Assembly: GCA_963667845.2 (NCBI GenBank)
Contig: CAXXVL010000001.1
Span: forward strand, 768,001 to 832,000
DNA from: Smithellaceae bacterium
Lineage (GTDB): Bacteria; Desulfobacterota; Syntrophia; Syntrophales; Smithellaceae
Length of the DNA: 64,000 nucleotides
Direction of reading: 5' to 3'
Position 1 is the first letter of the stretch, and every line of letters begins with the position of its first letter. Below the pieces are notes generated by a model. It was not told the origin of the DNA. It ran no database searches and saw nothing but the letters and a program-made list of their open reading frames with translations. The position numbers and the translations under genes were made by a program. Shown piece after piece: positions 60,008 through 64,000 of the stretch.

Positions 60008-60218
60008 AAACAGGCCTTTTTCATAAACTGCTTTATGAAAACCGGCAGGATTTATTGTTTGATTGCAAAGAAAATATTGCGCATATTACCTCTCGACTCC
60101 TCAGCCAACACGATTAATCTTCCAAGGCGGTGCTGGACCCTCGCAAGAAGGTTCGTTTTATTAAGTCTTTAAGCCGGCGGCGCGCCGTAAAAACTTCAGA
60201 ACGGTATACCGCATCAAA

Positions 60219-60269
60219 TCAGATTGACAGATCTGAATATTTTTTTTATAGAAAACATACGTATGTATT
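60219..60269 (+). promoter_or_regulatory. Sigma70 promoter with two palindromic operator candidates
   Basis: TTGACA (60224), 17-bp spacer, TATAGA (60247); TCAGAT-N6-ATCTGA over the -35; ACATACGTATGT at 60255-60266. Confidence 0.6.
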
Positions 60270-60414
60270 TTATGAGCGTCTATCGGTCATGATCAAACAC
60301 TAATATTCATAGAGGAAGGAGGAAGATTAATCCGGGTTTTTCGAAAGATTTAGTAGGCTTCAGCATGATCACGGATATTCAATCGATTTTTTTATTAAAA
60401 GGAGGAGATTGTAA

Positions 60415-61896
60415 ATGAAATGTATCAGCAAGGGCGTTGTTCTTTTTGCGTGTGTGCTTTCAATCCTTTTTCTGACAGCTTATAGTGCGTCTACAGCATT
60501 TGCCGCAAAAGCAGAAAAGAAAGCAAAGGCGGTAAAGGCGGAATCGGCGGAAAAGGTCAAGTTTAATGCCGCGGTTGACGCGAACAAGATGGGCGATATG
60601 TCCGACTATGATCCTTCGAATCCCATCGTTCCGACAGGCGATACCATCAAGATCGCCATTGTGGCTTCCTTTTCCGGAGCCGCAGCAGCCAATGGGCAAT
60701 TTTACTGGAATGTCGTACAATGGGTAGCCCATGATATCAATAAAAGAGGCGGCATCTGGGTCGATGGCAAGAAAAAACTGATTGAAGTCCTTAAAGCCGA
60801 TCATATGGGCAAGGCGGATCAGTGCAAGAAAGTCACCGAGCGGATGATTCTCCAGGAGAAAGTAAATTTCCTGTGGGGCACCGACGGCAGTCATCTCATG
60901 AAAATCATCAACGAAACAGCCAATAAATACAAAGTCATTTCCTTGAATGCAACCTGCCTGTCTGATGACCTCCAGGATGCCTCCAATTTCTCCCGTTATG
61001 CCTTCCATGCCGCTTTTTCCACAGAGCAGGTCGGTCGCGCTTTTGCCTATTATTATGGTCAGGTTCGTAAAAAGGAGAAGAAGTTTTATATCCTCTGCCA
61101 GGATTACTCTTTCGGTCATCAGATTGCCGACGGGTTCAAGGCGGGTCTGAAAGAATATTATCCGGAAGCTCAAATCGTCGGCGAGGATTACCACAAACTT
61201 TTCCTGACGGACTTTGCTCCTTATCTGGAGAAAATTAAAGCCTCGGGCGCCGAAGTCGTTTACACAGGAGACTGGTTCCCGGATGCCGGAAATCTTTTGA
61301 AGCAGGCGCGGCAGATGGGAGTGAAGCTTCCGTTTGCCAACATCTACATGGATACTCCGGATTTCCTGCATGAAGTCGGCGTCGAGGGGACAAAAGGATT
61401 GACCAATCTCAGCACCTGGATGACGGCAAACCCCCAGTTCAAAGAGCCCGGGTATATCAAGATGTACCAAACATGGAACGGCCTTTGGAAAAACAAATGG
61501 AAAACCCCGCCGTTCAACGGCCGGACGTTTGAAGTTTACACCGGCAACTGGGGCTCCTGGACCAATGTTACCTACTGGCTGATGAGCGTCATTGAGCGTG
61601 CGAAAACGACGGATCCGGAAAAGATCATCAGCATCTGGGAAAATGACAGCTTCAAATTCGTCAACGGCAAAGTGGTGAAGATGAGGGCCTGCGATCACAA
61701 GATTGTCCAAGATTTGGCTATCGTAGAGTTTGTACCCTGGGAGCAGCAAAAGGCGTCCTTCAATATACCGCCTTACTACTGGTACAAGGGCTGCTCGTCC
61801 TACGGACCGTCGGCTGTCATTCCGGCTGCAAAAGCTTTACCGTGGATGGATCAGAAGCTGGACCGCTGCAAAGGCAAAAGCGGCTCGGGTGAATAG
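60415..61896 (+). CDS. ABC substrate-binding protein, branched-chain (HAAT) type
   Basis: Signal peptide, DTIKIAIV..FSG, DINKRGG, QDYSFG, TDFAPYLEKIKASGAEVV. Confidence 0.88.
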   Translation: MKCISKGVVLFACVLSILFLTAYSASTAFAAKAEKKAKAVKAESAEKVKFNAAVDANKMGDMSDYDPSNPIVPTGDTIKIAIVASFSGAAAANGQFYWNVVQWVAHDINKRGGIWVDGKKKLIEVLKADHMGKADQCKKVTERMILQEKVNFLWGTDGSHLMKIINETANKYKVISLNATCLSDDLQDASNFSRYAFHAAFSTEQVGRAFAYYYGQVRKKEKKFYILCQDYSFGHQIADGFKAGLKEYYPEAQIVGEDYHKLFLTDFAPYLEKIKASGAEVVYTGDWFPDAGNLLKQARQMGVKLPFANIYMDTPDFLHEVGVEGTKGLTNLSTWMTANPQFKEPGYIKMYQTWNGLWKNKWKTPPFNGRTFEVYTGNWGSWTNVTYWLMSVIERAKTTDPEKIISIWENDSFKFVNGKVVKMRACDHKIVQDLAIVEFVPWEQQKASFNIPPYYWYKGCSSYGPSAVIPAAKALPWMDQKLDRCKGKSGSGE

Positions 61897-62037
61897 CAAA
61901 ATTGATAGGCCCGTTCATCTATTTTGAGTCTGATCATTTCAGGCTATTTGTGGAGACAGGAAACAAAACGCGATGACCGCTGCAGGAGATGTGGCGTAAC
62001 ACAAAAGCGGCCTGTCGCAAAACTTGTTGTTGATACC

Positions 62038-62073
62038 GAGGCTGCCCGGGAGATCCCGGGCAGCCTCTTTTTT
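62038..62073 (+). terminator. Intrinsic terminator
   Basis: GAGGCTGCCCGGG-agat-CCCGGGCAGCCTC-TTTTTT. Confidence 0.9.
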
Positions 62074-62349
62074 GGTGAGCCATTGCAGGAATAGAGACAG
62101 GTGGCCTGGACTAAATTGGGAACAACAGTAACCGAAGGGTATGCTCGTAAGATACTAAGTTTCTCGAAAGAGAAGTTCTATTGCAAAAAAGACTGGATTC
62201 GGGCCGAATCTCAGACGGTGCATGCCGGATAAGAAGGACGGATGAAGCAGAACGAAAACATAGATAATGGTGCAAGTTGATTCCACGAAACGGTTGTCCG
62301 CTACTGAAAGGAATGGAATTTTATTATTTTTCGGGCGACCGCATTGTAA

Positions 62350-62595
62350 CCGACAATGATCAACATACAGTTTGACGGCGTTTTCAGCCTGTGCGATCTG
62401 CCACATATGAATCTTCAGTTTTCCTCTTTAATCGTCAAGAAATAATTGAATATTCAAATCAGATGGGTTAGCATGACGCACATTGGAGAAACGAATGAAC
62501 TTGTTTGACCATCCGGCCAGGAAAGGTATCTGCTTTGCCGGTGCAAGTTTCCGCACGGCGACATATTCCGGAAACTGAGGCAAAATCTGATTCAT
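62350..62595 (-). pseudogene. Integron integrase N-terminal remnant (nonsense codon + truncation)
   Basis: GGAGG SD; MNQILPQFPEYV..RKLAP.KQIPFLAGW.NKFIRF...FLDD*RGKLKIHMWQIAQAENAVKLY reads in one frame through TAA at 62428-62430; divergent from attI; no catalytic domain follows. Confidence 0.65.
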
Positions 62596-62779
62596 CTGCG
62601 AACCTCCATCTACATAGACATTTTGACCACGTTTCACAAAAAGCCATAAAATACGTACTCGGTATTTGCCGGGTATTAAGGACCTTTTACCGAATACGCA
62701 ATTCATATTGTGTTGATTGTAAACAAGTTTTTTTTAATGATTGAAAAGCTTTTTTGCGCCCGAACCCGGGTTTTACCGG

Positions 62780-62801
62780 AGCGGTATATTAATTGTTACA
62801 C
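62780..62801 (+). mobile_element. Integron attI core / first cassette junction
   Basis: GTATATTAATT-G/TTACAC; GTTACAC (62795-62801) is the exact complement of the cassette's R'' GTGTAAC; GC drops at this point. Confidence 0.75.
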
Positions 62802-62827
62802 TGATTTCACAATTAAGGTGGGAATAA

Positions 62828-63628
62828 ATGCCAATCAAAATTAGTGTTTTCCTTGCGATATTGTTGAACCTTTTTTTATATAATGAGGCTATATCAGGAA
62901 ATTATGAATTGTTGAAAAATTATCCTACAGGCCATCACTCCCAAATGTTTGAAATCGATGAAAGTAATCTAGAAGTATGTAAAGCATATGAAAAAAACTT
63001 GAACTCATTTCCAGAAATTCGTTCTGTAATGGTATGTGAGCGGCCTATCAATCCAAAACTAACAGACTTCAAAAAACCAGACTGGCAAAAACTTAACGCG
63101 TTAGATTTAAAGAATGTCATTATGAGAATAGACAAACAAACCCCATACTACAAAATACATCCAAATTATTTTAATGAAGAAAAATGGGAAGAGACATTTA
63201 AAACTAGAATCGAGGAAGGTACAATAAAGCAACGCTATGCCAAATTAGAAATAGATAATGATAAATATAAACATCTAAAATCAGAAAGTTTACCTCTCTA
63301 TATATTAGAATACGATTTTGGCGGTAAATGTGATCCGTCCAATGATAGATGGCTTGAGAATAGTGGTGGGATTGAATATTTTATTACTACCAAAGATCTG
63401 AAAGAATTAGTGCCAATTATTGGGCTTGGATCATTAAGAGGTGTGTTTGTATACGAGGGTGAAGTCTACTTTGATGCCCTTTCATATAGTTGGAATGAAA
63501 AACTGAAAAAAAGACGGTATGAAATATGGCTACATATATTGAGCTATCGTTCTGGTGAGTTCTCTAGAGCTGCTATATGCCGATTTCGCTATATTGGGAA
63601 AGACCCCACTATGAAAAGTATAAGATAA
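62828..63628 (+). CDS. Integron cassette 1 ORF: hypothetical exported protein
   Basis: AT-rich 266-aa ORF with signal peptide, fills the space between attI and attC. Confidence 0.8.
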   Translation: MPIKISVFLAILLNLFLYNEAISGNYELLKNYPTGHHSQMFEIDESNLEVCKAYEKNLNSFPEIRSVMVCERPINPKLTDFKKPDWQKLNALDLKNVIMRIDKQTPYYKIHPNYFNEEKWEETFKTRIEEGTIKQRYAKLEIDNDKYKHLKSESLPLYILEYDFGGKCDPSNDRWLENSGGIEYFITTKDLKELVPIIGLGSLRGVFVYEGEVYFDALSYSWNEKLKKRRYEIWLHILSYRSGEFSRAAICRFRYIGKDPTMKSIR

Positions 63629-63642
63629 GTAGGAATTGTTAT

Positions 63643-63690
63643 GTGTAACAAGTCGCTAGAGCCGACAAGCGGCTCAGCTCGTCGTTAAAC
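63643..63690 (+). mobile_element. attC site (48 bp)
   Basis: GTGTAAC-AAGTC-GCTAGAGCCG-acaag-CGGCTC-AGC-TCGTC-GTTAAAC: R'' and R' boxes with an imperfect palindrome and extrahelical base. Confidence 0.85.
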
Positions 63691-63691
63691 T

Positions 63692-64000
63692 ATGCGAATA
63701 ATGAAAACTTTGAAAGATGATAACATTTTTTACATCAAATCCACCTCATGGCTCACGATGGCCTTTGGGGCATTAATTGTGGCAACTTTTTCAGTCCTAC
63801 TCCATTATCATTTTCTTTTTTTACATTATCTCCTGTTTGCCATTAGCCTAATAAGCTTGTTAATATCGTATCGCAAATACGCAACATTCAACAATCGTTC
63901 TCTGACCATTTTATTCGGGACGAAAACACCCGGAATCACCATAGCCTATGACAATATTGAATCCGTTAAATCTGAAACAAAGAAGATTGATGGTATTATC
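63692..64000 (+). CDS. Integron cassette 2 ORF (partial), membrane protein
   Basis: ATG immediately after attC; open to the window end (MRIMKTLKDDNIFYIKSTSWLTMAFG...); two hydrophobic segments. Confidence 0.75.
   Translation, partial: MRIMKTLKDDNIFYIKSTSWLTMAFGALIVATFSVLLHYHFLFLHYLLFAISLISLLISYRKYATFNNRSLTILFGTKTPGITIAYDNIESVKSETKKIDGII

Noticed and set aside
62155..62349. Continuation of the integrase ORF
   Set aside because: After KLYVDH the translation shows no SAM-like or tyrosine-recombinase motifs in the frames I inspected; treated as truncation

Overview
This is a bacterial chromosomal window of moderate GC. The gene set suggests an anaerobic Desulfobacterota/Syntrophales-like organism, which is an inference and was not verified. 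From left to right it contains: (1) an mtaB-rnc-radical SAM-era-der operon; (2) a complete polyhydroxyalkanoate locus with phaR, three phasin-like genes, phaE-phaC-GAF-phaJ, and a divergent second, atypical PhaC-like gene; (3) assorted metabolic genes; (4) a gene-free region with a phased DnaA-box cluster and a Fis-like site resembling a DARS; (5) a ~10.5 kb single-strand respiratory operon joining cytochrome c, Rieske, a cytochrome b fused to two c-hemes, SCO, an A2-type heme-copper O2 reductase, heme o synthase and a quinol NO reductase; (6) a FIST/NosP-like protein with a hybrid kinase, and a 10-PAS hybrid kinase; (7) tex, aroF, a PBP1, an MFS transporter and an ABC substrate-binding protein; (8) at the right edge, an integron with a broken intI, an attI core, one complete cassette with a very short (48 bp) attC, and the start of a second cassette. 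Eight copies of a ~55-100 bp hairpin-rich element (IS200/IS605 end-like) lie in intergenic regions. No rRNA, tRNA or CRISPR array was seen. All family assignments come from motif recognition by eye; no searches were run.
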